Sequence record: ON287372.1
Direction: 5' to 3' (one strand)
DNA length: 64,000 nt
The translations under genes and the position numbers were made by a program. The notes under the pieces were generated by a model. The model did no database searches. It had not been told where the DNA came from and saw nothing but the letters and a program-made list of their open reading frames with translations. Position 1 is the first letter of the stretch. The number at the start of each line of letters is the position of its first letter. Positions 39,534 to 47,706 of this stretch are shown in pieces.

Positions 39534-40193
39534 TTAGTTGATTGGTACAAATAGTTTACCGACTTCTTTACCACGAACCTTTTTCTTAGCGCCCGTAGTT
39601 CGAATGATTATTTCTTTAAGGATTTCAGTTGAGCTATTAATCGCCCCTTCATTCCCATTGATGTTAAAACCTAATAAAGCCCACTGCGCTTTCTTTGCAG
39701 TGATGTAGTCAAACATCTTTCCATTGATCTTCAGGCACTCTTCCAACGTTCCTTGGTTAGAGTTGACCAGTCCGTACTCTTTAAGAATCGGATTAGTGCA
39801 GATCAGGATGTATCGAGAGCAATGCTTCCCTGGGCCTTTAAACCACTTCGACATTTCATCCTGATTCTTGAAGAATCGAATATCGTTAACAGAACGAAGA
39901 TGTGAATAGCCGATCCCATTTTTCTTCTTAGAGGCAACGATTTCCAATCCCGTTTCAGTTGGACTGACATGAGAGTAGTCTTTGCCATCTAAGTGCATCT
40001 CGAGTTCTTTGAAGTTCGTTTTGAACTTATCCGCCAATCCCTCGATCTCAGGGCACGCGAACATGGTATCTATTTTAGATTCAATTACCATGGAATAGAT
40101 AATTGATTCAAAGCACGGGTTATCCAATACCCATTCTTTTACTTTCTTTCGAACACCCATTGGATAATCGAACTTAACCTTTAGATTGCTCAT
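39534..40193 (-). CDS. Early hypothetical protein
   Basis: 219 aa directly downstream of an early promoter. Confidence 0.75.
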   Translation of the reverse strand: MSNLKVKFDYPMGVRKKVKEWVLDNPCFESIIYSMVIESKIDTMFACPEIEGLADKFKTNFKELEMHLDGKDYSHVSPTETGLEIVASKKKNGIGYSHLRSVNDIRFFKNQDEMSKWFKGPGKHCSRYILICTNPILKEYGLVNSNQGTLEECLKINGKMFDYITAKKAQWALLGFNINGNEGAINSSTEILKEIIIRTTGAKKKVRGKEVGKLFVPIN

Positions 40194-40227
40194 CTGACAT
40201 TACCTATTAATGGCCTCTATCATGATA

Positions 40228-40244
40228 GTAATATATACATGAAC
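40228..40244 (-). promoter_or_regulatory. Early (virion RNAP) promoter
   Basis: GTTCATGTATATATTAC. Confidence 0.75.
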
Positions 40245-40295
40245 TTCATTCGAGAATTGGTATGTCTAACCTAAATATTCATCAGGGAATTTGTA

Positions 40296-42221
40296 ATGGG
40301 AATCCTTAATCCAATACGTTCATTTATTGGCTCAGTGAAAGTAGAAGAGAGCGGCGGAAAGATCCGTGTCTCTGCTTTGAAGACCAAGACAATGTTCGAA
40401 GATATCTTCTCTCTTTGGAGAACGAATCGAATAGCAACTCAAATGTTCCTTAAGGTAACTCCTTACCAAATTGAGTTCTACAGCTTCTTCGCTGTGGAGT
40501 TCGTCTATATCGTTGATCGGTTATTGGAGTTCCCTAAGTTAAACAAAACTTCCAAGCGTTCTTTGTCATCGGTAAAAAATGCCATGCTAGAGAACACATG
40601 GTTAAAAGACACTTTGGTAGATTACGACCCTATCCTTGATCGCTCTAAGTTAAAGTTATTCAAATACACGCCTAAAGAGCACCAGGTTGAATTCTTTGAC
40701 AAATACGACCGAGTAGTGCCTAAATTTAAATTGCGCGGCTACACGCTCGCTATGAAGACTGGTACTGGGAAAACCTATAGCTCATTGGCTCTGTCCCAGA
40801 TGCTACACTCCGACTTCACGATAATCATTACATTGAAGCGTGCAGTTTACCAGGTCTGGGAAAAGGCAATGAACAACGATTTCAATACTCCTCCTAAGTA
40901 TTGGATTCATGATCGGGATCGTGAACTAAAAGGTAATCCTCCGCCTTTCCTTATCTTCCATGTCGAAGACCTTCGTTACTTCAAGGAAATTGCCAGTAAG
41001 TTCCGTGGTAAGAAAGTCACATTGATTCTGGATGAATCGCACACGTTGAACGAAGAGACGAGTCAACGTAACAACATCATGTACGAAGCATGGAAGATGA
41101 TTGAACCAATGTCAACCATCTGGGCTTCTGCCACACCGCTGAAAGCATATGGTAGCGAAGCTATTACCATGTTGAGGACAATCGATCCGTTGATGACTGA
41201 TGCTGTTGCTGAGGCATTCAAGAAGATCTACGGTAAGTCTAGTAGTAAAGTATTTGATATCATCAGTCACAGACTCGGTAATATCGTCTTTAAGGCTGAT
41301 GTCGTTAAGACCGATCCAAAGATCGAACGAGTGCCTGTTAAGATACCTGATGCTAAACGTTTCCTTCTTTCTACTTTGAAAGAGGACATGGGTAAGTTCA
41401 TTAATGAGCGGCTGAAGTATTGGGATTCTAAACGTAGTGAGGCGATTAAGTATTACAACGAGTCATTGGCTATCTTTGAGAAAACGCTGAGTACCAATCA
41501 ACAGAAGCAACAGTTCGCTCTGTACCGTAAGATGTTTAACATCGTGGTTAAGAGTACTGACTACGTTGCCATAAAGGATACGATTGTATTCGTTAACAAA
41601 TACGAGAAGAACGTATTGTTACCTGCGTTGGATAACGAGCGGCGTAAGCAACTACGGACCTACCTGTCTGCAATCAAGTATGTGGAACTTAAGGTAAGGG
41701 GCGAGTGTTTGGGTGCTTTGGTTTCCAAGCGTCGTGAGGAAGCAGTACTGGCCATTATCAAGTACGCTAAACTGGAAGAGTACATCGAGGCTGCTGAGAA
41801 GAAGACAGTTGTCTTTACGTCTTACGTTCAGGTAGTTGAGAAGTGTGCGGAATACCTCAAGACTAAGGGGATTGATACTTTAGTTGTTCACGGAAGTAGC
41901 GAAGGTAGCGCTGACTCTGAGGTTAAGAAGTTCGCTTCTGGTAATAGTCAGGCGATGGTAACGACTTTCCAATCGTTATCCAGTGCAGTGCCATTAACTA
42001 TGGCAAATACCATACTGGCTCTAAACGTACCGTTCCGAGACTACAACATGGAACAGGCAATTGGACGTATCGATCGAATCGATCAAGATGCGCCAACATT
42101 CGTCTTTGAGTTCATTCTCGACACGGGTAAGGAAGAGAACATTAACTCCCGTACTTTCGATATTCTACAATGGTCAACTGAACAAGTTAATGCCATGCTG
42201 GATATCCCAGACGGAGTTTAA
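40296..42221 (+). CDS. SF2 (SNF2/DExH-like) helicase
   Basis: Walker A MKTGTGKT, LILDESH, SATP, motif VI QAIGRIDR. Confidence 0.9.
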   Translation: MGILNPIRSFIGSVKVEESGGKIRVSALKTKTMFEDIFSLWRTNRIATQMFLKVTPYQIEFYSFFAVEFVYIVDRLLEFPKLNKTSKRSLSSVKNAMLENTWLKDTLVDYDPILDRSKLKLFKYTPKEHQVEFFDKYDRVVPKFKLRGYTLAMKTGTGKTYSSLALSQMLHSDFTIIITLKRAVYQVWEKAMNNDFNTPPKYWIHDRDRELKGNPPPFLIFHVEDLRYFKEIASKFRGKKVTLILDESHTLNEETSQRNNIMYEAWKMIEPMSTIWASATPLKAYGSEAITMLRTIDPLMTDAVAEAFKKIYGKSSSKVFDIISHRLGNIVFKADVVKTDPKIERVPVKIPDAKRFLLSTLKEDMGKFINERLKYWDSKRSEAIKYYNESLAIFEKTLSTNQQKQQFALYRKMFNIVVKSTDYVAIKDTIVFVNKYEKNVLLPALDNERRKQLRTYLSAIKYVELKVRGECLGALVSKRREEAVLAIIKYAKLEEYIEAAEKKTVVFTSYVQVVEKCAEYLKTKGIDTLVVHGSSEGSADSEVKKFASGNSQAMVTTFQSLSSAVPLTMANTILALNVPFRDYNMEQAIGRIDRIDQDAPTFVFEFILDTGKEENINSRTFDILQWSTEQVNAMLDIPDGV

Positions 42222-42262
42222 CGTTATAGAGGGGAGGGCTTTGGCCCTCTCCCTTATTTTGT

Positions 42263-42463
42263 TCAATAGCTACTGAAAGTAGCGCAGCTGCAGCTAGGGC
42301 AGATGACTTTGTCTTCCGGGTCGGATTCAGAATACACTGAGGTAGTGAGGTGATCACCGCACGTATCGCACTTAAACTTAAAGTTTACATCAGCGTAATT
42401 ACGGAGCGACTTTACATTTAACTGGACATGACTTACTGAGCCGAGCCCTGGGATTGGAATCAT
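42263..42463 (-). CDS. Small Zn-ribbon protein
   Basis: CDTC and CPSC pairs. Confidence 0.65.
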   Translation of the reverse strand: MIPIPGLGSVSHVQLNVKSLRNYADVNFKFKCDTCGDHLTTSVYSESDPEDKVICPSCSCATFSSY

Positions 42464-42477
42464 TGGATCTCTCCTAA

Positions 42478-42954
42478 TTAAGGTTTAATAGTGAAATACT
42501 TGGTCTGTTCCTTAAACCCATATTTCTTGTAAAACTTGTTAGCTCTCTTATTACTTGCGTGTACAGAAAGAGATAACTGGTCTACTTGCTGTATCTTAGC
42601 AAAGTTTCTTACCTGATCTACTAGGGCAGAACCGTACCCTAATCCTCGGTATGTTCTGTTTACGTAAAGGTAACATATAGAAAGCCATCTTGCCCCTGAG
42701 TTACCCACTGTACTCGTGAACTCGACAAAACCGATTGGGGAGTCTTTAACTAAAAGGATCAGTATATTCGTATTGTCAACCCAGCGTTCGGAAAGGCTGC
42801 TACATTTCATCTCTTCAGTTAAGATATCTAAGTTAGCCGACTTCTTCCAATACGTAGCTTCCCTTTTATCCATAGTCTGAATCATCTTTAGAAGTGCAGA
42901 CTCATAACCCTTTAGAGCTGGGTCAGTTGAACTAAGCGCGAGAATGAATTTCAT
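42478..42954 (-). CDS. GNAT-family acetyltransferase
   Basis: LYVNRTYRGLGYGSAL; NKRANKFYKKYGF. Confidence 0.88.
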   Translation of the reverse strand: MKFILALSSTDPALKGYESALLKMIQTMDKREATYWKKSANLDILTEEMKCSSLSERWVDNTNILILLVKDSPIGFVEFTSTVGNSGARWLSICYLYVNRTYRGLGYGSALVDQVRNFAKIQQVDQLSLSVHASNKRANKFYKKYGFKEQTKYFTIKP

Positions 42955-42980
42955 GGAATAATCTCAATAGATGAAATAAG

Positions 42981-43002
42981 GAGAGGGGCCGAAGCCCCTC
43001 TC
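42981..43002 (-). terminator. Terminator closing the ncRNA island
   Basis: GAGAGGGGC/GCCCCTCTC stem, UUCG loop on the minus strand, then CTTATTT. Confidence 0.7.
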
Positions 43003-43008
43003 GATACC

Positions 43009-43198
43009 GACGTTCAACGTCTTGTGCCAGGCGCCCTTTCGGGGCCTTCTCGCACCTAGGGACTCGCAGTCCCCATTTTACTCCAGCCGGATGTAACCTG
43101 CTTAGAGTTTGGTACCACTAACCGACTGGCAAACCCCTCGTAGTCACCGCTCAATTAGAGCGACCTCTACGCCAGACGTACGCTTCCCGATCAGTGGA
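43009..43198 (-). ncRNA. Structured ncRNA candidate A (~190 nt)
   Basis: ORF-free; nested stems CTGGC/GCCAG, GTAG/CTAC, CGCTC/GAGCG, GGGACT/AGTCCC, CCC-GAAA-GGG, GACGT/ACGTC. Confidence 0.55.
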
Positions 43199-43281
43199 AT
43201 TCTTCAATAAAAAAGATATGCAGTAGTTGACCATTAGCGAAGGTCTTAAGGCTGACTAAACCTTTCTACATATCAAGGAAA

Positions 43282-43788
43282 CTAGTTGATTAACCAGGTA
43301 ATTGGATCGTTATCAGTTCGGGTAGCTAACATTTCATAATACTTAGTCATGTTAACTCGAGAACTAATATTATCGAAGCAGTCGAAGAATACTGCGGATA
43401 CATCGATAGGTAAATCTACTTTACCTAGTACCAAATCTTTTGCGGTGTATATCCGCTTAGATAAAGTCTTTTGGTTTCCTGCATCAATACCTACTTGTAC
43501 TAAGTTAGGTACAGGGATTGTTCCGCCAAATACTTGTGGGTACTTGTAGCCCATTCTAAGGAAGTCGTCCTTAAAGTCACTGTTGATAACAATAACAAAG
43601 GCTTTAGGATCTTTGATTAGCTGCTCAATAATCCAGCGGCTAGATCCACTTTGGCGAGATGCATGAATCCCGTAAGTGAAGTACTCTTTCAATGCGTGTG
43701 GACGGGAAAGTCCAATACATTTAATCACGTCATCAGAAGGTCTTGACTTGAGGAGTTCTTGCATGATCGCATCACGGTTGATGGTCAT
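43282..43788 (-). CDS. Degenerate P-loop-like protein inside the ncRNA island
   Basis: SRQSGSS resembles terminase-type RQxGK(T/S); VFFD resembles Walker B. Confidence 0.55.
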   Translation of the reverse strand: MTINRDAIMQELLKSRPSDDVIKCIGLSRPHALKEYFTYGIHASRQSGSSRWIIEQLIKDPKAFVIVINSDFKDDFLRMGYKYPQVFGGTIPVPNLVQVGIDAGNQKTLSKRIYTAKDLVLGKVDLPIDVSAVFFDCFDNISSRVNMTKYYEMLATRTDNDPITWLIN

Positions 43789-43820
43789 CGTAGAATCGTC
43801 CTAGTTTGGTTGTTGGTTTT

Positions 43821-43897
43821 TAGGTACGCGGATTCCATTCCACAAAGTCTTTAGGCGGCAGGCAGATGAATGCGGCTACTTGAGACTTACGTACCTA
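43821..43897 (-). ncRNA. Structured element G
   Basis: TAGGTACG/CGTACCTA outer stem and AAGTCT/AGACTT inner stem. Confidence 0.4.
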
Positions 43898-43899
43898 AT

Positions 43900-44026
43900 T
43901 GGGTGACGCCCCCAGGAATCGCACCTGGCTTTCCGGTGCTGTTGTCGCGATCTCGCCACAACAGTTGCTGGCACTTAGCCCCCACCGCGCCCAGCTGGCG
44001 CAGTCTGCTTTTTACGTGCAGGCGTC
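43900..44026 (-). ncRNA. tRNA-ended ncRNA B (127 nt)
   Basis: Acceptor GACGCCT/GGGCGTC, T-arm CCAGG-TGCGATT-CCTGG, 3' ACCCA; non-tRNA multi-hairpin interior. Confidence 0.65.
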
Positions 44027-44040
44027 ATTGTTCTTTTAAA

Positions 44041-44129
44041 TCGGATCGAGAGTAGGGATCGAACCTACGCAGTCTTACGGACGTATCCGCCGTCGAATTC
44101 CTCACTAGGTTTAAGTAGACTATCTCGAT
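44041..44129 (-). tRNA. Class-II-like tRNA with aberrant D and anticodon arms (pseudo or tRNA-like)
   Basis: 7-bp acceptor ATCGAGA/TCTCGAT, canonical T-arm GTAGG-TTCGATC-CCTAC, variable-arm hairpin GTC-CGTAA-GAC; no 7-nt anticodon loop. Confidence 0.55.
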
Positions 44130-44139
44130 AAAACTTTAG

Positions 44140-44216
44140 AAAGGGAAGGCGTCCCCACTGCAGATTCGTTTCACAACAGGCTGACTACAATCAACCTCCC
44201 TCTGCAATGAGGACAT
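44140..44216 (-). ncRNA. Structured element E
   Basis: GTCCTCA/TGGGGAC, TGCAGA/TCTGCA and AGGTTGAT/GTCAGCCT nested stems. Confidence 0.45.
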
Positions 44217-44219
44217 CTT

Positions 44220-44384
44220 TGGTGACACCCCTCAGAATTTCACTGAGGCTTATGGGCTGCCGACGGCTCGGGACGCGGAACTTCGCTCAAAGGCTTGTCT
44301 ACGTACCGTGCACTAAATACCGATTGCTGGCGATCGCCGCGACACGGTTGGGTTAAGGCTGCCGATCTTCTTGAGATCAGTGTC
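44220..44384 (-). ncRNA. tRNA-ended ncRNA D (165 nt)
   Basis: Acceptor GACAC(TG)/(GG)GTGTC, T-arm CTCAG-TGAAATT-CTGAG, 3' ACCA; begins 6 nt after the preceding tRNA. Confidence 0.6.
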
Positions 44385-44390
44385 GTTGTT

Positions 44391-44468
44391 TGGGAACCAG
44401 AGGAAGAATTTGAATCTCCAACCTCCGTCTTAGCAGGACGGTGCTCTATCCAGTTGAGCTACTCGTCG
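44391..44468 (-). tRNA. tRNA with GCT (Ser) anticodon, short variable loop and damaged acceptor stem
   Basis: D-arm GCTC-AACTGGATA-GAGC, anticodon arm CCGTC-CTGCTAA-GACGG, T-arm GGAGA-TTCAAAT-TCTTC; only 3 of 7 acceptor pairs. Confidence 0.7.
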
Positions 44469-44470
44469 CA

Positions 44471-45076
44471 TTATTCTTCTAAATAATACTTAGTGTATCT
44501 GAAATAAGACGATCTAGAGATTCCTGTAATTTTGCAGATCTCTTTAGAATTAAGTCCAGATTCCTTTAAAGATTTAACTTTGGCTATAAGCTCATCGGGT
44601 AAATGCCTTTCGCCTTTTTTAGAGATGGACGCTTTTCCATTTAGTACCTGCAATTTGGCGGCGCAGCTACGGGAGCAAGAATATCCAAATTTTCCTTTTC
44701 TCCGTATAACTTCGGCGGGAGTTAATTCTAATTCAGTATTACACTCTGGGTTATCGCATTTTACTTTAGTGTAAAATCCAGACTCTATTTTCTTCAACCT
44801 AACAAAGGCTTGACTCTTCCTGATATTCTCAGATTTAGTAAGTATTTGCAGGTTGGAAATATCGTCATTCTCTTTATCTTCATCTACATGGTCTACTTCT
44901 TCAGTAGGTAGAAGGATACGTTTAACTTCGATGGATTTAAGGTATTTTGCGTATGAAATTCCGAAAGTTTGTTTCTTGTCTTTATACAAGAGCACTCTTT
45001 TTCTGTTATCGGAACCATTTACCAGATAACCATAATCCCACTTTTCAGTGAAGGGAAATTCCAATTCAATTCTCAT
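44471..45076 (-). mobile_element. HNH homing endonuclease in the tRNA region
   Basis: VDHVDEDKENDDISNLQILTKSEN; CxxC motifs; C-terminal HTH; AT-rich. Confidence 0.88.
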
Positions 45077-45111
45077 GTTTTTTACATTAGTGTTAAAAAG
45101 CCTACACTAGA

Positions 45112-45128
45112 GTAATATATACATGAAC
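45112..45128 (-). promoter_or_regulatory. Early promoter of the HNH cassette
   Basis: GTTCATGTATATATTAC, identical over 17 bp to 40228-40244. Confidence 0.75.
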
Positions 45129-45160
45129 GTCAGTCCATTTGACCACTCTGGAACTCCCCC
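45129..45160 (-). pseudogene. 5' half of a Tyr-like tRNA, truncated at the HNH promoter
   Basis: GGGGGAG TT CCA GAGTGGTCAAA TGG A CTGAC matches the enterobacterial tRNA-Tyr acceptor/D-arm layout, then stops. Confidence 0.55.
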
Positions 45161-45237
45161 GTAATTCGTTTTGATTGGAGTAGGCGCGTAATGTCGCCTC
45201 GTGTTAGTTGCTCGCATTTATCATGCGCTACCTTTAA

Positions 45238-45307
45238 GGCATTCCGGTAGGGAGTCGAACCCTAAACCAACGCACTAGTGTGCGGAAGTTGTTCCACAAC
45301 CCGGACG
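45238..45307 (-). pseudogene. Degenerate tRNA
   Basis: Canonical T-arm TAGGG-TTCGACT-CCCTA, 5-bp acceptor TCCGG/CCGGA, aberrant D and anticodon loops. Confidence 0.5.
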
Positions 45308-45474
45308 ATTGAGATCGTACCCTTAAAGCTCTCCAATGCTTAGTGGGGATCCATCCCCGCTTGTAGCTGAATCTCATCTGGGTACCGACAATTCACCCGA
45401 AAGTTAATTGAACCAAATGATTACTTGATGCAGCTTCTACATACTTAAACTTGGTACGTAAAAAATGATCTTTA

Positions 45475-45633
45475 TCAATGCTTTGCGAGAATCTCTTTCC
45501 TTGATTTCTTTTTCTTGTCGGCATTGTGAAACTCTTTCGCTACTGATTGAGGGATTCCTGCTTCTTTAGCGAAATCTTTATCATGGGCAGCGATAGCCAT
45601 GAATTCCTCTTGTTTCTTACTTTTACTTGGCAT
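45475..45633 (-). CDS. Small basic protein
   Basis: MPSKSKKQEEFMAIAAHDKDFAKEAGIPQSVAKEF...; GGAGG RBS; TATG at 45652-45655. Confidence 0.75.
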   Translation of the reverse strand: MPSKSKKQEEFMAIAAHDKDFAKEAGIPQSVAKEFHNADKKKKSRKEILAKH

Positions 45634-45696
45634 GGTAATATTCCTCCTGTACATAAGCAACATAAACCGACCGGGTTTCCCCAGCCGGTAGATGAA

Positions 45697-45951
45697 TTAA
45701 CTAACGATTGGTTTATTAAGGTTAGTTACCGAATACGACATGGACTTATCGCTTTCAGTCACCTTGAGAATACATGGGAACAAACACACGCCTGTCTCAA
45801 TGGCAATCTTACTGAGCGGCTTCTCCAAGATGCTATCATCTAAGTCTTCTGAACCCAGTTGATCAGTAAACCATTTGACAGCATCAAAGACCGACTTGTA
45901 ATCATGGATGAGGAACGTTCCTTGTCCCTCGGCTGTTTCCAATACCTTCAT
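45697..45951 (-). CDS. Hypothetical protein
   Basis: 84 aa, 4-bp overlap with the upstream gene. Confidence 0.7.
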   Translation of the reverse strand: MKVLETAEGQGTFLIHDYKSVFDAVKWFTDQLGSEDLDDSILEKPLSKIAIETGVCLFPCILKVTESDKSMSYSVTNLNKPIVS

Positions 45952-46841
45952 GCAGACTTCCTTCTGGTATCCTTAGGTGAACCGATGAAGAACCAATCCA
46001 CCCACTCAGGATGACGAGAGTTCAATCTACGGTAGATCTGTGGCATCGGTAGACGCGTCTCTTTGTGGTACGAGACAACATTCCGATACTCTTTGCCTTT
46101 AACGCAGACTTGGTTACGACCTACGCCGAAGTCTGGTTTCTTTCCCTGGTGTTGGTGTTGTGTCTCTTGCGGAGGACGATCCGGTAATAATTCACCGATA
46201 CGTCTTTCGCCTTCTTCCAGGATCCCTTTGTTAGACCGAACGTAACTGGACATAGCTGCCCCCAGTTGTTCAGATTCGCTACGATCTAATACCTCAAAGT
46301 AGATACCCTTAATACGTTTATCATCGCCTGCATTAAATACAGTCTGGTACGCATTCAGTTTGTGATGCTTCCCAACCAAGTAAGCTGACTCTTGGATAAA
46401 GTCAGCCAATGGATTACGGGTCGCTTTCACGTAGTAGAACGGGCAATGGATCGGTCTGAACCAAACCACGCCATTCATCCATCCGTTATCGTAAGGCGTA
46501 CATGATACTTTGGTTACCTTAGATAAGTCTGGTATAGCTTTAGGAGTGCCAGTTAACGACATGGTGAAAGTAAAGGTATCTTTACGGTATTTCGTCTCTG
46601 TCAATTTGAAGCCAATCAAATCAGCAAAGTAATATCCATTGGCAGCGTCGAATTCTGCGTAAACCTCCTGAAGGAATTCAGGGAGAGTTTCTTTCCTTAC
46701 ATCGGACAACATGCACTTAACAATAAAGTCAAGCGCCATTTGCCATACCAGATTAAAACCTGGTTCTTCGCCTACCATATCTTTCATCAGCTTTTTTAGC
46801 TTGAAAGTAGGTGAAACGATAATCGTCTTTGTCCCGGTCAT
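45948..46841 (-). CDS. Hypothetical protein with C-terminal NUMOD1-like DNA-binding module
   Basis: C-terminus VCVKGKEY...IYRRLN...WFFIGSPKD resembles the repeats of the GIY-YIG at 34452. Confidence 0.65.
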   Translation of the reverse strand: MTGTKTIIVSPTFKLKKLMKDMVGEEPGFNLVWQMALDFIVKCMLSDVRKETLPEFLQEVYAEFDAANGYYFADLIGFKLTETKYRKDTFTFTMSLTGTPKAIPDLSKVTKVSCTPYDNGWMNGVVWFRPIHCPFYYVKATRNPLADFIQESAYLVGKHHKLNAYQTVFNAGDDKRIKGIYFEVLDRSESEQLGAAMSSYVRSNKGILEEGERRIGELLPDRPPQETQHQHQGKKPDFGVGRNQVCVKGKEYRNVVSYHKETRLPMPQIYRRLNSRHPEWVDWFFIGSPKDTRRKSA

Positions 46842-46972
46842 TTCCGAAACTCCCTCATAATTCCCTAATGTCTACATTAAGTCAAACATGCGTACATTTT
46901 AACGTAAAGACAAAAGAAAAAGATTTAAGATAATACAGCTCCCACCTACCGGTTAGGGTAGGTGGGTTTATG

Positions 46973-47647
46973 TCAAATAGATTGGATAGGTGTTCCGTTA
47001 ACGCGGTAGTCTTTGAACAGGAATTTGTAAGCGGTCACGCTACGCATTAATGGATGCAGTACCAGCGGACGCGAGAGGTCTTCTTCAGCAACGGTGTCCC
47101 AGGTATAATGGGTGAACGGTACCATAACACCGGTCGGTAATGGTTCCAGATGGTAAATCAGTTGGGAGGCTTTCTTAGCCCGTGCATCGATACGACGTCT
47201 GTAATAACGATTAGATGGTAAGGGCTTTTTAACTTTTTCCGGTTGGGCAATGCCATGGAGGTTACGCCACAGCCGCTGGATAACCTGAAACGCGTAGTGT
47301 GAATGACAGAAATCTTCCGTCTCCGGTTTTCCTGATGGGCGGGTAGTAGAACAGCTAGTACCGAATCCCATTAGATCCAGTTGCCATTCTTCGGCTACGT
47401 TGCGAGGGTAACCTTCCGGATACATGGTGTCGTAATCCTTTCCTTCGAAATTCAACCAGCAATGATGGCAGTGTCCCTGATACGCTACGACATACCCTTC
47501 GCGGTGGAGAACAATGGCGATCTCCGTACTGACGAAATAGCACAGCCCGTTGTTCAGGTCATGAATGATTTTACGAATATCTTTATTCGGTAGCACGGTA
47601 CGATACAGCTGAACAAACATAGACATCAATTCTTGAACGCGACTCAT
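46973..47647 (-). CDS. Putative transglutaminase/papain-like Cys-His-Asp enzyme
   Basis: GLC...HCWL...YD spacing. Confidence 0.55.
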   Translation of the reverse strand: MSRVQELMSMFVQLYRTVLPNKDIRKIIHDLNNGLCYFVSTEIAIVLHREGYVVAYQGHCHHCWLNFEGKDYDTMYPEGYPRNVAEEWQLDLMGFGTSCSTTRPSGKPETEDFCHSHYAFQVIQRLWRNLHGIAQPEKVKKPLPSNRYYRRRIDARAKKASQLIYHLEPLPTGVMVPFTHYTWDTVAEEDLSRPLVLHPLMRSVTAYKFLFKDYRVNGTPIQSI

Positions 47648-47706
47648 TCTCTAAACTCCATTCATTAAGACAAAAAATAAAGAGGGGAAATTAATCCCCT
47701 CTACTG

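Noticed and set aside
43900-44384. tmRNA, RNase P, Y RNA or ribozyme identity for B and D
   Set aside because: No G3-U70 pair or tag ORF, too short for RNase P, and no recognisable Ro-binding, hammerhead, twister or HDV core by eye. GTGCCAGCA matching 16S rRNA is only 9 nt and likely chance.
43870-44486. Short plus-strand ORFs at 43870 and 44295
   Set aside because: They lie antisense to tRNA-like elements; the RNA explanation is better supported.
45170-45420. Additional tRNA genes at ~45175-45235 and ~45320-45400
   Set aside because: Only loose cloverleaf-like hairpins with no canonical T-loop; too degenerate to call individually.
6756-45655. TATG late promoters as separate features
   Set aside because: A 4-mer is common by chance; cited only as supporting evidence where it sits just upstream of late-type genes.
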